The position numbers were made by a program, and so were the translations under genes. DNA of 64,000 nt from NCBI GenBank assembly GCA_946965045.2, contig OX337240.1:1674001-1738000 (forward strand), written 5' to 3'. Origin of the DNA: Epithemia pelagica (lineage: Eukaryota; Protista; Bacillariophyta). The notes beneath the pieces are model-generated. The model did no database searches. It was not told where the DNA came from and saw nothing but the letters and a program-made list of their open reading frames with translations. Shown piece by piece: positions 1 through 10,800 of the stretch (position 1 is its first letter; the number at the start of each line of letters is the position of its first letter).

Positions 1-1
1 C

Positions 2-841
2 TTTCTGATGGCGGTGAACATATTGTTGATACGAGAAACGACCGCGGCCTGTAAACTTTGCGTCGGCAATAGCAGCGTATGCTTCTTTCTTGCGGATGGT
101 GACAGCTGCTGTTCCAGTAGCTTGGCGAGTCAACGCAAGATACGCCTCACGGCCGTCCTTCTTCTTTTGGTGTGGCTTGATGAACGTCAGGCCAGGTCCG
201 CCAACAAGGAAAGGTTTCATCAGTGTGAAGACGCGTTGATTGTCAAGGGCATACTGATCACCTTGCAGGATAGTAGTAGCAATCAAATCGTCATCGATAG
301 TATCGTAGGCAGCATTCCTTGCTTCAGAACCGACAGGCTTAGTTTCACGAAGGACGTATGTCAAAGGGACACCCGTTGTGGGATTGCGATGCTGTGCGAG
401 GAACGTGAGCAAGGCATCGTTAAACACCTCCCACTGAGTAAACGAAGTCAACTCTTTCGGTGGGGTCAGTTCATCGGAGGCAACTTCCTTGTTGAGTGCA
501 AACAGTTCCTGGGTACGTTTGGTCCATTTCTTGATCAGGGGCGGATCAGAGAAAAGTGAGACTTTAAGAGCCTGACCACGAGACGAACGGTATTCGAGCC
601 ACATTCGGAAGCCGTGGAGCTGCAGGTTAGCACTGAAGGGAAAGGCCCCGTTCTCTGGAGGTGTCTTCGCCATCATCTTCAACATCGACGGCACTTGATG
701 GACCGCAACAGTCATGAACGATTGAGCATCATCAAAACCCTGCTCAATGATGTAGGTCACGGTGGCATCATTGTATCCACAGCGTTTAACGGCAGCCTTG
801 AAATCTTCCTTGGGATTTTCAGGGGCAGTGGATGAAGACAT
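2..841 (-). CDS. Gag (5' part of gag-pol) of a Ty1/copia CoDi-like LTR retrotransposon; runs off the left edge
   Basis: Manual minus-strand translation from ATG 841 gives ~280 codons with no stop: MSSSTAPENPKEDF...FTQWEVFNDALLTFL...TTGVPLTYVLRE...DNQRVFTL...KKDGREAYLAL...YQQYVHRHQK. These blocks resemble diatom copia gag. Not in the ORF track because no stop lies inside the window. The + ORF 8..559 is its antisense shadow. Confidence 0.75.
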   Translation of the reverse strand, partial: MSSSTAPENPKEDFKAAVKRCGYNDATVTYIIEQGFDDAQSFMTVAVHQVPSMLKMMAKTPPENGAFPFSANLQLHGFRMWLEYRSSRGQALKVSLFSDPPLIKKWTKRTQELFALNKEVASDELTPPKELTSFTQWEVFNDALLTFLAQHRNPTTGVPLTYVLRETKPVGSEARNAAYDTIDDDLIATTILQGDQYALDNQRVFTLMKPFLVGGPGLTFIKPHQKKKDGREAYLALTRQATGTAAVTIRKKEAYAAIADAKFTGRGRFSYQQYVHRHQK

Positions 842-3459
842 GGTGGAAGGCAAAAGGAAAGCAAGAGAGCCAGAAGCAGGAGAGGTTCAGAGCAAAACAC
901 AGGCAAAAAACACAGAAGTGTGGAGGCATTGCCAAAAGGTGATGCAGATCGCAGATTTCGCGATTCTACCTGGAATGAAGGTGCACAAGTAGTGTCGACT
1001 TGCGTTTGCGCTGCAGTCGGCAGAGAACAAATACTTAGGACGTGTGCGTCGGCACAGTGCAAAAGGAGGTATCTATATTTTCATGTATGGAGAAAAGATT
1101 ACCAAAACAATCGCGCACTTAAGCGAGTGCTCCCCGTCACGTGGGAGAGTGCCATGGGTCACACATCACGAGTGTGAACTATAAGTAGTGCCGCAAGCAT
1201 ACCGTGACGAGTAGCTTAGCGCGAACACTCCCAAGCGGTGATCAGCCGCTGCCGGTACGGGCAAAAGGCAGAGAGCAAGACTCCAAGGAGTTTCACATGA
1301 TGCATAGCTTAGCTAGCATAGTTGGTGAGTTAGACATAAAAAACATATTAGTTCCCCCGTGCATTGGCATATAGCGTATGTATAAGGCGGTGAACCCCTT
1401 CTAGCCCGAAGACCGGGGTCAATCTGCCACCCTTGAGAAGAACATGCACTTTTAACCAGCGGGGAAACGTCTTGTACCATACACCCCAAATATGGCGGCC
1501 CCCAGAAATTGGGAGTCTTAACTTAGAGCTGAGTCTGAGGGGACTCGAACCCCTGGCACCACGAGCCAACAGGTAACGTTTACCAGCTAAACCACTGCGG
1601 CTGTGCGATTTGGGTCTGATAAACTGTATAAATCCTGCCACTACACGCTACAACACGGTGTACACGGCGTGCAACAAGTGGCTAGATCAAAATTATGACT
1701 AGAAAACTAGATGCGTAGCAGCATATGTAGGCGATGCATATTCGCCAATATGCGACCATGTATCCGCCAATATGCGACCTGTTGGCGGGATTTATTCAAT
1801 GGCAAAGCGGCCGCCGACCAATGCACCTCCTAAAGCGACTAAAAAGCTTTAGATCAGCGATTCATGAAGCGACCCGATCGAATGCCAAAAATCCAAGATG
1901 CGGGGGTACCTCCCGTCTGTTCTCTATACGGCTATTACCAAATTTTCGAAGAAAATCTAAAAACTATCTCAGTCAAATTTCTTCTGATTTTGCAAAAAAT
2001 ATAACGTCCAAACCAACTGTAATAACTGGATTCGATGTAGCCGCTTGCGCACCTGCATGGGAACTTTGAGCAAAGAAATCTACGAGTCGGATCAGTACTC
2101 TGTAGTCTATACTGCCTCAGCAGCGAGTACTCTTCATGGTGCAGTGGCTCAAGCTTCACGGAACAATCGCAAATCGCACACCCCAACCATGAACTACACA
2201 CACATGCTTGATGCTTGGCAATGCACCTACCAACAAAAGCTCCTGGCACTTTGTCTATGGCTAAGATGAAGGCATAGTCCACATGCTCCTAATATCTTTC
2301 TACTCTTTTTAGTTAAGGCTTCCTGGGCTTCTCCATAGCAGGATGAAGCTGTCCTTCGTTTGACTTCGTCGTCCGAACTTCATTGCAGTGGTTGATTGTC
2401 ATGTTCTCATCCTTCCTTTGATGCATGCCGCGTTGACTTGTGATCTAGGAGGATTCTTTTGGCCACAAAGTTGTCACTGTGGTCGGTCATCCGGCTGGAT
2501 TGTTTTCTTTTGGTTTTTGGTGTGGCCATTGTGGTCTTTCATGGTGTTGCTCGAAAAGTGAGACGATTCATGCCACCAATAACCAATACGATTGGGGCGT
2601 GACCGACGTGACAGGCGCGTCGATTTGGAACGATTGAAGTCAGGCTGGCGCTTTGACACGGCTGGCGCTTTGGGAAAAAATACTACAGACAATTTTTCCT
2701 TTCGGATGACGGACGAACAAAGGTACCCCCCCCCAATCACACCCTTTTGTTACCTTTCTCTCGAGTCGTGACGAAGCAAAAGCACCATGAAGATTGGAGC
2801 ATGAAATCGTGAATGTCCCTCCATACGCCATACATATGTGAGTTACCCAAACACCAGAAGAGTTCCATCCCCTCCTTATCTTCTTGCGCAGAACCCATAG
2901 AACGATTTTGAACTCCCCAAAGCTTGAAGCAGGTTCTCTTTGTTTCGAACGCACTATAATTTGGAAATATGAGCACGGTTTTGCACCAAGTTTCGCACCA
3001 AGCATTGCCCCCTGGGATGAACAAGCACTTGCGGGATATTTCCAAAGTATTGTTGGGCTTGGTTGTACTTTTACTTGTCTCGAACCGAACCTGGTTTTCC
3101 TTCTTGGCCATGGTGTCCTCGGTGGGAGCAATATTTCATCTCAAGGAAGGGACCTTCCTCTCCACCAAAAATATCAAATGGATGACTTTGTCAGTAATAT
3201 CCTTTGGAGCCAGTTTAACATCCTTTATCATGCTTCACAATCGAGACTCGATCAATCCTGATAAAGCATATCTCTTGTCGTCCTTCTTGTGGATGGGGGC
3301 CAAATTCGTACAACTGGGATGGGGCATTCCCTTGTCACTCTTTCTTCTGTCAACATGGATGAGCTCGTCGTCGTTCACGGCCGTATCATCTTCCGAAACA
3401 ACCATGACACCTTTGCCTCCACCACAACCACGTCCACCACCGATTCCAGCCAAGAGTTA

Positions 3460-3846
3460 CTAGCAACAGAGAAGGCCTTGAACAGAAGGTAGAATCCAGA
3501 CTCAAGGGGTTATCTGTAGACCAGCTCTGACTGCCCTTGCAAAAGAGGCATAAGCATAAATTTCCAATGTCACAATTATGGAGTTCCGGTAACAATCGTA
3601 GGTATCCAAATTCAATAGAGAAGACTGCCAATAGCTCATTGTGGTCGCGGCCTTTGATTCGAGCCGAAAGCCAAACTGAGTGTCTTCAATCTTGGGAACG
3701 ACCCAATTGAGCTCAACAAAGAACCTCCCAATCTGACGTTCTCATCAAGTTGCATGCCACAAGCTTGTCTGGGTGTCCATCATTGACAAGGCTTTGAAGC
3801 AATGGTTGCAAGCCTCCCGTCAAACGTTTTTGTATGGCCAACAAAG
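3460..3846 (-). pseudogene. Frameshifted LRR remnants continuing the LRR gene
   Basis: After the TGA at 3847, other frames give ELTLLAIQKRLTGGLQPLL, QLDENVRLGGSLLSSIGSFPRLKTLSL and IEFGYLRLLPEL, separated by frame changes and stops. Confidence 0.6.
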
Positions 3847-6330
3847 TCAATTCAAAGGAAAACTGTCATTGAAGAAGTTTCCATTAAGATTTAAGGAATG
3901 CAGTTTGGTAAGCAACCCCAACTCTGTTGGGATTTGCCCAGTAAGCCCACATTGCGACATTTGAATGTCTCTTAAACTTGTGTACCTGCCAATGGTCGAT
4001 GGAAGAGTACCGCCCAGTTTGGGATTCTTTGAAAGGTTCAGGATCCGTAGTATCGGGGAATAATCAGTTGCCGTGCTCTCATTACTGGGAAAACTGAATA
4101 GTGAGACGAGCCCTCCAGTAAGATCAGCATTCGCAATGTTAAGTTCCTGCAGTTGTGGAAAATCGGGCAATTGAAGCGACAGAGTCCCATTCAACGGAAT
4201 GTTACTCAGCTTCAATATCTCAAGCTTTGGTAAAGGCGGCAAAAGTCCAAATGTCTTGGGCGTCATGGTCAAGTCGAGACCAGTGAGATCCAACGTCACC
4301 AGATTCGTCATATTCTCAAATATGTCAAAACCGTTCCAAGGCCCCGAGAAGAGTGAATTGGACAGATATGGCTCCACCAGGTTGGTCAATGACGCTAGTC
4401 CAGGTGGTAATCCTTGGTCATAGGCAAAACCAGTGTTCGGAAGACGGAGGTTGGTCAGCTGCGTCAACTCACCCAACCACCAAAGATTCTCCAAACCAAT
4501 GTTCGAGATGAGGTTGTTTCCGAGCTTCAAGTATAAAAGAGTTTCTTTCAACAAGATAACTTCCATCGGAAATGTTCCCATTATCGTACGTTCCCATATA
4601 CTAAAGGCCGAAACACGGCCTATTGCATGATGCCAATCACCTTCATATTCACAGTTAATCCCACCCCATTGGCATTCATTCTCTGTATCCGCGCCATCTA
4701 GCCATGTATGGCGTCGCATGGAGGTTCCCGTTTCAGCATTCGCCATAGAGTACGGAGTTTCCACACCGTCCGTGGCATAAAAGATACAAGCTATCGCATA
4801 CCGCTGAGCGATTCTCCAGTGCTCCATATCTTGCGAGGTTCTCTCAACATATCGTAAGGCCTTCATCCAGTACAATGACTCATCATGGTTCTCGTACGGA
4901 TCTCTATGTTCTTGAAACACTTGAGCGTAGTTGGTTCGTAACATTTGTTCCATCTCCGATATAGATCGTGTGGGAGCACTCGACGGTTTGGAGGATAGAG
5001 ACGGTGTCATGGTCGGTATCTGACTGTTCGAAGGCCTCGTGCTAGGAGTCAGGGTTGGCATGGATGAGGGAGCCATACTGACGGACGGTGTCACGCTCTT
5101 CAAGGGAGTGGGACTGGTAGAATGCGGCCCGTCAGTGTGTTTCCCTTTGGTTGCCATGAAGTTCTTTGTGTCCCCACCACCTCCACCAACAGTCATTGCC
5201 AGTGCAATGGATAACACAATGGATACCACCAAGATCACAAAAAAGACCCAAAGGGAGTTTTTCTGCTTGAGACAAGCCATTGTCGTGGACCAGCGTTTTT
5301 GGTTGGAAACAGATCCGTCCGCTTGCGGATCGGACGCGGAACTTGTCTCTGGCAACCTTTCTGGTTGTGGTGGTGGCCCATCATCATCATCATTATGATT
5401 GGTGTCGTGCCTGGAACGGGGTGTGTCGGGTAAGGTTCGTGCATCGACCAATGGCAACCGATAAAAGTCGTTCAGCACCCAACTGGTTGTTCTTGCTCTT
5501 TGTGGTGTTGGCCTCCTAGTAGGTGGATCCCATTCGTCCACCAATGTGGCAGAAATGAGACCCGAGTCGTCTTGGGTCGAGACTCGTTCCGGATCTTCCT
5601 CCATCGAAATGGAGTCCTCGTCGTCACTGGAAGAGAAAGACGAACCAAAGCGGTTTCTTGTTGTTGGTGGACTTGTCTCCTGTTCACTGGCGCAACGTTT
5701 GGCCACGTGACCCCCATGAAAATGAGGGAGCGGTGGTCGTCGTTGTGCATGTCGACCGGTGGATAATGAATGATGAAAGGCTCCTGGTAATCGATGATCA
5801 ATGTGTGCATCACGTTTCAAACTGACCAAGGAGCGAATCGATGCTCCCGGTGGTCTTTGTTGCGGGAGAGCATGACAATGATCCGATGCATCGTGGTCAA
5901 TGGCAGTCGTTGACGATGCGGATCCGGAGGAGATTGTTGTGGACAAGACTGTGGCTGTCGAGGCAGGATCATCTGTTGTACGTCTCTCGGTTCTGTCGGA
6001 ACGACTGGTATCGACAACGTTGAGAAGATCAGGCTCATGCTTGTCGGTTGGTATCCGTTCCATTGTTGCTGAGGAACACTCAACGAGATCCTCTTTCTTG
6101 GAAGAAGAGCCATGCAGCTCGACCGGATTCACATTCGTTGTGTTCATCTCATAATTTGGCGAGGAAACTTGTGCCGTGTCATCATTTCTCTTTTCAGTGC
6201 ATGTTGTTTCACAATGATTTTGGTCCGTCTCATTGTCCCGATCCGTCCAAGATGTCGTCAAAGAGTCGGGCCGTTTCTCGTCTGGACATTCTGGAGTTTC
6301 ATCCATGGTGGTATCAAGTGTGTTTGGCAA
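3847..6330 (-). CDS. Type II membrane leucine-rich-repeat protein (diatom expanded family), C-terminally truncated
   Basis: Disordered N-terminus, single TM (LWVFFVILVVSIVLSIALAMTV), PSxxP stalk, cap region QRYAIACIFYAT...ECQWGGINC, then LRRs (LGGTLPSTIGRYTSLRDIQM, LTGQIPTELGLLTKLHSLNLNGN). Confidence 0.85.
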   Translation of the reverse strand: MPNTLDTTMDETPECPDEKRPDSLTTSWTDRDNETDQNHCETTCTEKRNDDTAQVSSPNYEMNTTNVNPVELHGSSSKKEDLVECSSATMERIPTDKHEPDLLNVVDTSRSDRTERRTTDDPASTATVLSTTISSGSASSTTAIDHDASDHCHALPQQRPPGASIRSLVSLKRDAHIDHRLPGAFHHSLSTGRHAQRRPPLPHFHGGHVAKRCASEQETSPPTTRNRFGSSFSSSDDEDSISMEEDPERVSTQDDSGLISATLVDEWDPPTRRPTPQRARTTSWVLNDFYRLPLVDARTLPDTPRSRHDTNHNDDDDGPPPQPERLPETSSASDPQADGSVSNQKRWSTTMACLKQKNSLWVFFVILVVSIVLSIALAMTVGGGGGDTKNFMATKGKHTDGPHSTSPTPLKSVTPSVSMAPSSMPTLTPSTRPSNSQIPTMTPSLSSKPSSAPTRSISEMEQMLRTNYAQVFQEHRDPYENHDESLYWMKALRYVERTSQDMEHWRIAQRYAIACIFYATDGVETPYSMANAETGTSMRRHTWLDGADTENECQWGGINCEYEGDWHHAIGRVSAFSIWERTIMGTFPMEVILLKETLLYLKLGNNLISNIGLENLWWLGELTQLTNLRLPNTGFAYDQGLPPGLASLTNLVEPYLSNSLFSGPWNGFDIFENMTNLVTLDLTGLDLTMTPKTFGLLPPLPKLEILKLSNIPLNGTLSLQLPDFPQLQELNIANADLTGGLVSLFSFPSNESTATDYSPILRILNLSKNPKLGGTLPSTIGRYTSLRDIQMSQCGLTGQIPTELGLLTKLHSLNLNGNFFNDSFPLN

Positions 6331-7822
6331 CCCACAACGAATAGAACGAAGGCGTCCTCAATTGACTCGGTAAAAAGCGAGCTGCTGACTGTGCATGCAC
6401 CACACCGTTCCAGACGAGTCCAGATCATGTTACAACAGGGGAGCCATGATCCCACGAACGACCATCCGTTCGCTCACTATACTTTATGGAAATCATTCTG
6501 CTGGTGGCGGAGCGATGGAATGGATGGACTCTGCATACGGACCGGAAAAAAGTTCTTGGTTCGACGGAATAGACGTATGACGTCAGATGACCAATGTCAT
6601 TGTCAATGCGTCACGTGTCAGGTGGCGTCTGTATGTTGACGTTTTGACGTAACATGACAAATGCAGTACTCCTAGTTGTTACCTAAGTTACCTAATTTTT
6701 GTTGCTCGTTGTCCTCTGCAGTTATGCTCTCAGGAAGTGCCTTCTATTACAAACGACAACCGACGATTCATCTTTAGTGAAAGTATCAAAAAACACGAAC
6801 GACAATTCAAAGACTCTTCGCACGCAACCACGTGGTACAGCGAAATGGAGGTAGAGGATGGGGATGCAAATTTGACAGACGTCAGACTGATGTTGACGCA
6901 ACACACAAGGTATTGTTGGGTTTGTTGTTTTGTTTTGGGGGGGGCGGCATGAGGCGCAAGCGCCGTCACACCTTGTCAAAAATTATAGAGAGACTTGATG
7001 CTGAACACCAAGTGATGTGGGATCACGTACAACCTGGATCATGTAATCCGTGAACGGGCCAGCTCCTTCACATCGCCACCGGCCTTCATGATCACCGGCG
7101 AACGTCTCTAAGGTAAGTATGAGTAAGCAATGGGCGCGAAAGGCTGCGCAGATTCGACCACGCCATTGTTTCCAAAACCGAGGCATGGTCGAGCAAGACA
7201 TCCATGGGTCGCACATCACTCGTGATCCTATTGTTGGTATCATGATTGTGGAGACAGGCTTTGGGGCATGTTGTCTTTGTAGAGATGTCATGATGAATGA
7301 TTTTCAGATGAAACATCTCGAAAAGGATTCAATATAAAACAGTCGAAAACTTAGAGAGGGCGAGTTGAAAGGCAATCTGAAATAGGACATAGCTCTATTT
7401 GGTGGCATGGCGATGGGATCCCGGGAGGGAACGCGGACCAGACCCCAGACGTGTGTCACCGTGCCGCAATACGCCAACCCCAAACCAAAACTTGAGAGAC
7501 AAAGGAGAGAGCGACAAGAAGAGAAGAAGAAGAGGACGAAACCACGGCGACACAACAGAAAGAGACGACGTGACAAAAACAGAGAAATCAGGTGGTGTGG
7601 TTATTCTGTCCGTCCTATTTGTTCGTTCGGGCGTTTGGGGTTGCTACTCCATTGTCCTTCTTTTGCGGTTGTCATCATCATTCCTGTCTTTCTCCCTGTC
7701 GCTCTCGACGCTTTGTTCGTAATCGAAACGTAACTCGTTAATTTTGTTTGGAAGGGCGTGGATTTGGTTTTGTTCACACGTTGAAACGACACGGTTCCAA
7801 TCGCAACTATTCCAATTTTGGC

Positions 7823-10800
7823 ATGACGGTAACCACGGGTGGTGGTGGTGGGAAATCTTGGTCCACCTTGCAACAATCTCAACCTGCCACCAGTTCGAGT
7901 ACGAGTACAACCTTGCCGTCCAATTCGTTGGACTTTGAAGCACTACTGTCTCGAGATTATCAACCCTCCCGAGTGGCACAACTTCAATTGGCACCCCTTC
8001 AATCGCAAGAACAATTGTCCAATCATCATCATCACCCCCTCTATCACAATCAACATGCGCATTGGAAAAAGAAGAAACCCCACCACAAGAATATCAAACA
8101 TCAACAATCTGGACACGCATCAACAATCCGGACACGGAGGGGGAACTAGTGCCAAGAATTCTTCTTACAGTCATGCCTTTGATGTTGTAGTTCCACCCTT
8201 GGAGGAGGAGGAAACGGAACCCAATACGTCCCTTTCGTCATCTGTTTTCACTGCCTTGACGGATCCTCAACAACGCGAGTTTGTCCTCAATGTAATTTCA
8301 CAAACACCAGCTTTTCTAAAACATTTGACACCCGAAGAACAGGCTCAAGTCCTACAACAACAATCCAAACTCTTGGGCAGTAGTCGTCGTCAATCCACTA
8401 TTCCCCAAACAAACAAGCACCACACTAGTAGTATTATTGCACCGAAATTCAGTCCCTTGGAACTCATGGATTGGGAATCTCAAATTGATTGGGGAGATGA
8501 AACTGAAAATGACAATAGCAAGGAAGAAGAAAGAAATGCCTTGAGCAAACCGACTCTTGTGCAACCACCTTCCAGCAGCGACGACAACGATGACGACAAA
8601 TTTTTGCAGTCCCTCTCCCCCTTGGCACGTCAATTGTTACAAACTCGACGTAATCCTTTTTTGGATCAACTTGTCTTTGATGATGACGTGTTCGAAGAAA
8701 ATGACCAAGGCGGCGGTATGGCAGCCAAGGCGGCAGCCGCACCCTTGATTTTGGAATTGGGTGTCGCGGGTCAATCCGTGGCCCACAAGGTGTATCAAAG
8801 TACCATGGTCTCGGCTCAACATCCAACTCCAGCCGTTTTGCAATTTGCCTACCAAGCCCGGGTCGATCGCGAATGGGCCGGAGCTGCTGCCGCCGCAACT
8901 GGACGGGGTACGGGCGGCAAAGGGGCTCCCAATGACGACTTGGCGGCCGGTTTGTTGGACAGTGAATTGGCCAAAACCATGGATGCACGGAAATTAACCA
9001 AGGCACAATTGAATGCCTTGATTGAAGCCCGATCCAAAAAACGAGAACAAATGGCCAAAGACAAGACCAATCGGATTACCAATGCCCTGGGGACCTTGGC
9101 GGCTGTCATGGGTGTGGGTGGGAAGGGTCGAGCCATTACCAGTAGTTTGATGGGACCGGGTGGGACCGAACGAACCGGGCGACCCAGTCGAGGATTGGGG
9201 GGAGGTGCTGGGACGTTGGAAACGGAATACATGGAACAATTGGATATTGTCACTTCTCATTCCCTCGTCCGAGACTTGTCCAAAGTGTTGTTGCGCCAAT
9301 TTCATCGACCCAAATTACCACAATCCGTCGTTCGACAAGATTTGTCATGGCAATTTCAAATTCGGTTGCCGCGGTCATTGTTGAATAGCAATAATACAAA
9401 CAGCAATACCAGCAACAATGGAGGTACCAACAATGCAAACAATAACAATAAACAAGGTGCCATGTCAGGTGGAGGATATTATTATCATCGCTCGGGTATG
9501 ATGATGATGAACAATAATGGTGCCGGTGGTCCAACCGCCATGATTCGAACCGAAGCTGATTTGTCCCCGAGTAATGGAAAATTGGTGGTACTGGAATATT
9601 CCGAAGAACGACCGCCCCTTCAATTGAGCAAGGGTATGATGAGTAAAATTGTCAATTACTTTCGAGGAGACAAGGCCCATTGTCCCGTTTCGGCCGGTGG
9701 TGGAGATCGACCCGTACGTCGCAAACGCAACGACGAAGGCGGATCCGGTGGCGGAGGGGGCAGCGGCAGTGGAGGTGGTGGCAGCGGTAGTGGAGGCGGA
9801 GGTGGATCGGGAGGGGGCAGTGGTGCCGATGGAAGTGGCGGCGGTGGTGGTGGATCGGGCGATGGCGATCATGGCGGAAAGGGAAGTTCCGGAGGAGGGA
9901 GTGGTGGTGGAGGACGAAATGGCAGTTCTCGTGCCCAAGATCGATTGCCTCGACTTGTAACAACGGGACAGCATCACCATCATCACAATCAACACAATAA
10001 AAACAAGGATACAAATGGAACCGACAAGAATCAAAGTGATATTCTCGATTGGATTGGCCCGATACCCAAGAAACCCAAGCCATTGTCTTCGTCAGATAAT
10101 AACAAGGACCGTTTGTCGATTGATATCCTACCGGAAGGAGTGACGGAAAGTTTGCATCCGTCAGTACATGGTCCCTTCTTGGGGGAAGTACCGGAAGGGT
10201 CAACCTTGACAGGTTTGATTAGTAACTTGTTTGTTGCACCCATGTTCCGCCACGAGGCCGATTCGACCGACTTTTTGATGGTCTTGACACCACCTAGTGG
10301 AGCCACGCGACCGGGACAACGCGAATCCATGGGTGTGATTTTGCGTGATTTCCCACGTTCTGGCATATACACGGTTGGTCAAACGGAACCACGAACACGG
10401 TGTCATGCACCCAACTCACCGGGTGAAAAGGCCTTTACCGGACCGTACATTTCGTACCAAATTGCACGAGCCATTACCCGGGCGCAGTCACGAGAAGGTC
10501 ATGGGCTCCGATTGGATGACATGCAAGCACGAGTCTTGCCCAATTTGGAATTGCCCGGTGCTGCCTTTCGACAACGGCTCAAACAAGTGGCCATGTACGA
10601 TAAGAATACTCAAATTTGGACTACCAAACCGTTGGGGATGGATGCATACCCTGGTGTGGAGGCTTTGGGGAAAAGCATTGCACCCGAAGGCGTCGCCGCT
10701 TTTGAAACTGCGTGCGCCGCCTGTCGACGGTTGGCCGATTTGGGAATTCACCAATTATACGCAGGAAAGGATACAGCGGTGAGTGTTGGAGTGGCCATTG

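Noticed and set aside
1605-1640. Possible LTR/PBS junction of the left-edge element (gggt-ctgataa-ac|tgtata; element sense ...tataca|gtttatcagaccca)
   Set aside because: It could be read as a tRNA-Ile(GAT) arm or a degenerate TGGTATCAGAGCC, but no partner LTR, matching terminus or TSD is in the window.
2640-3460. Fragments such as FGEFKIVLWVLRKKIRR faintly resembling a DDE transposase C-terminus
   Set aside because: Too short, no catalytic motifs, no TIRs.
6722-7733. Several short ORFs and splice-like sites between the divergent LRR and TAF1 genes
   Set aside because: I could not build a consistent spliced frame or recognise a domain.
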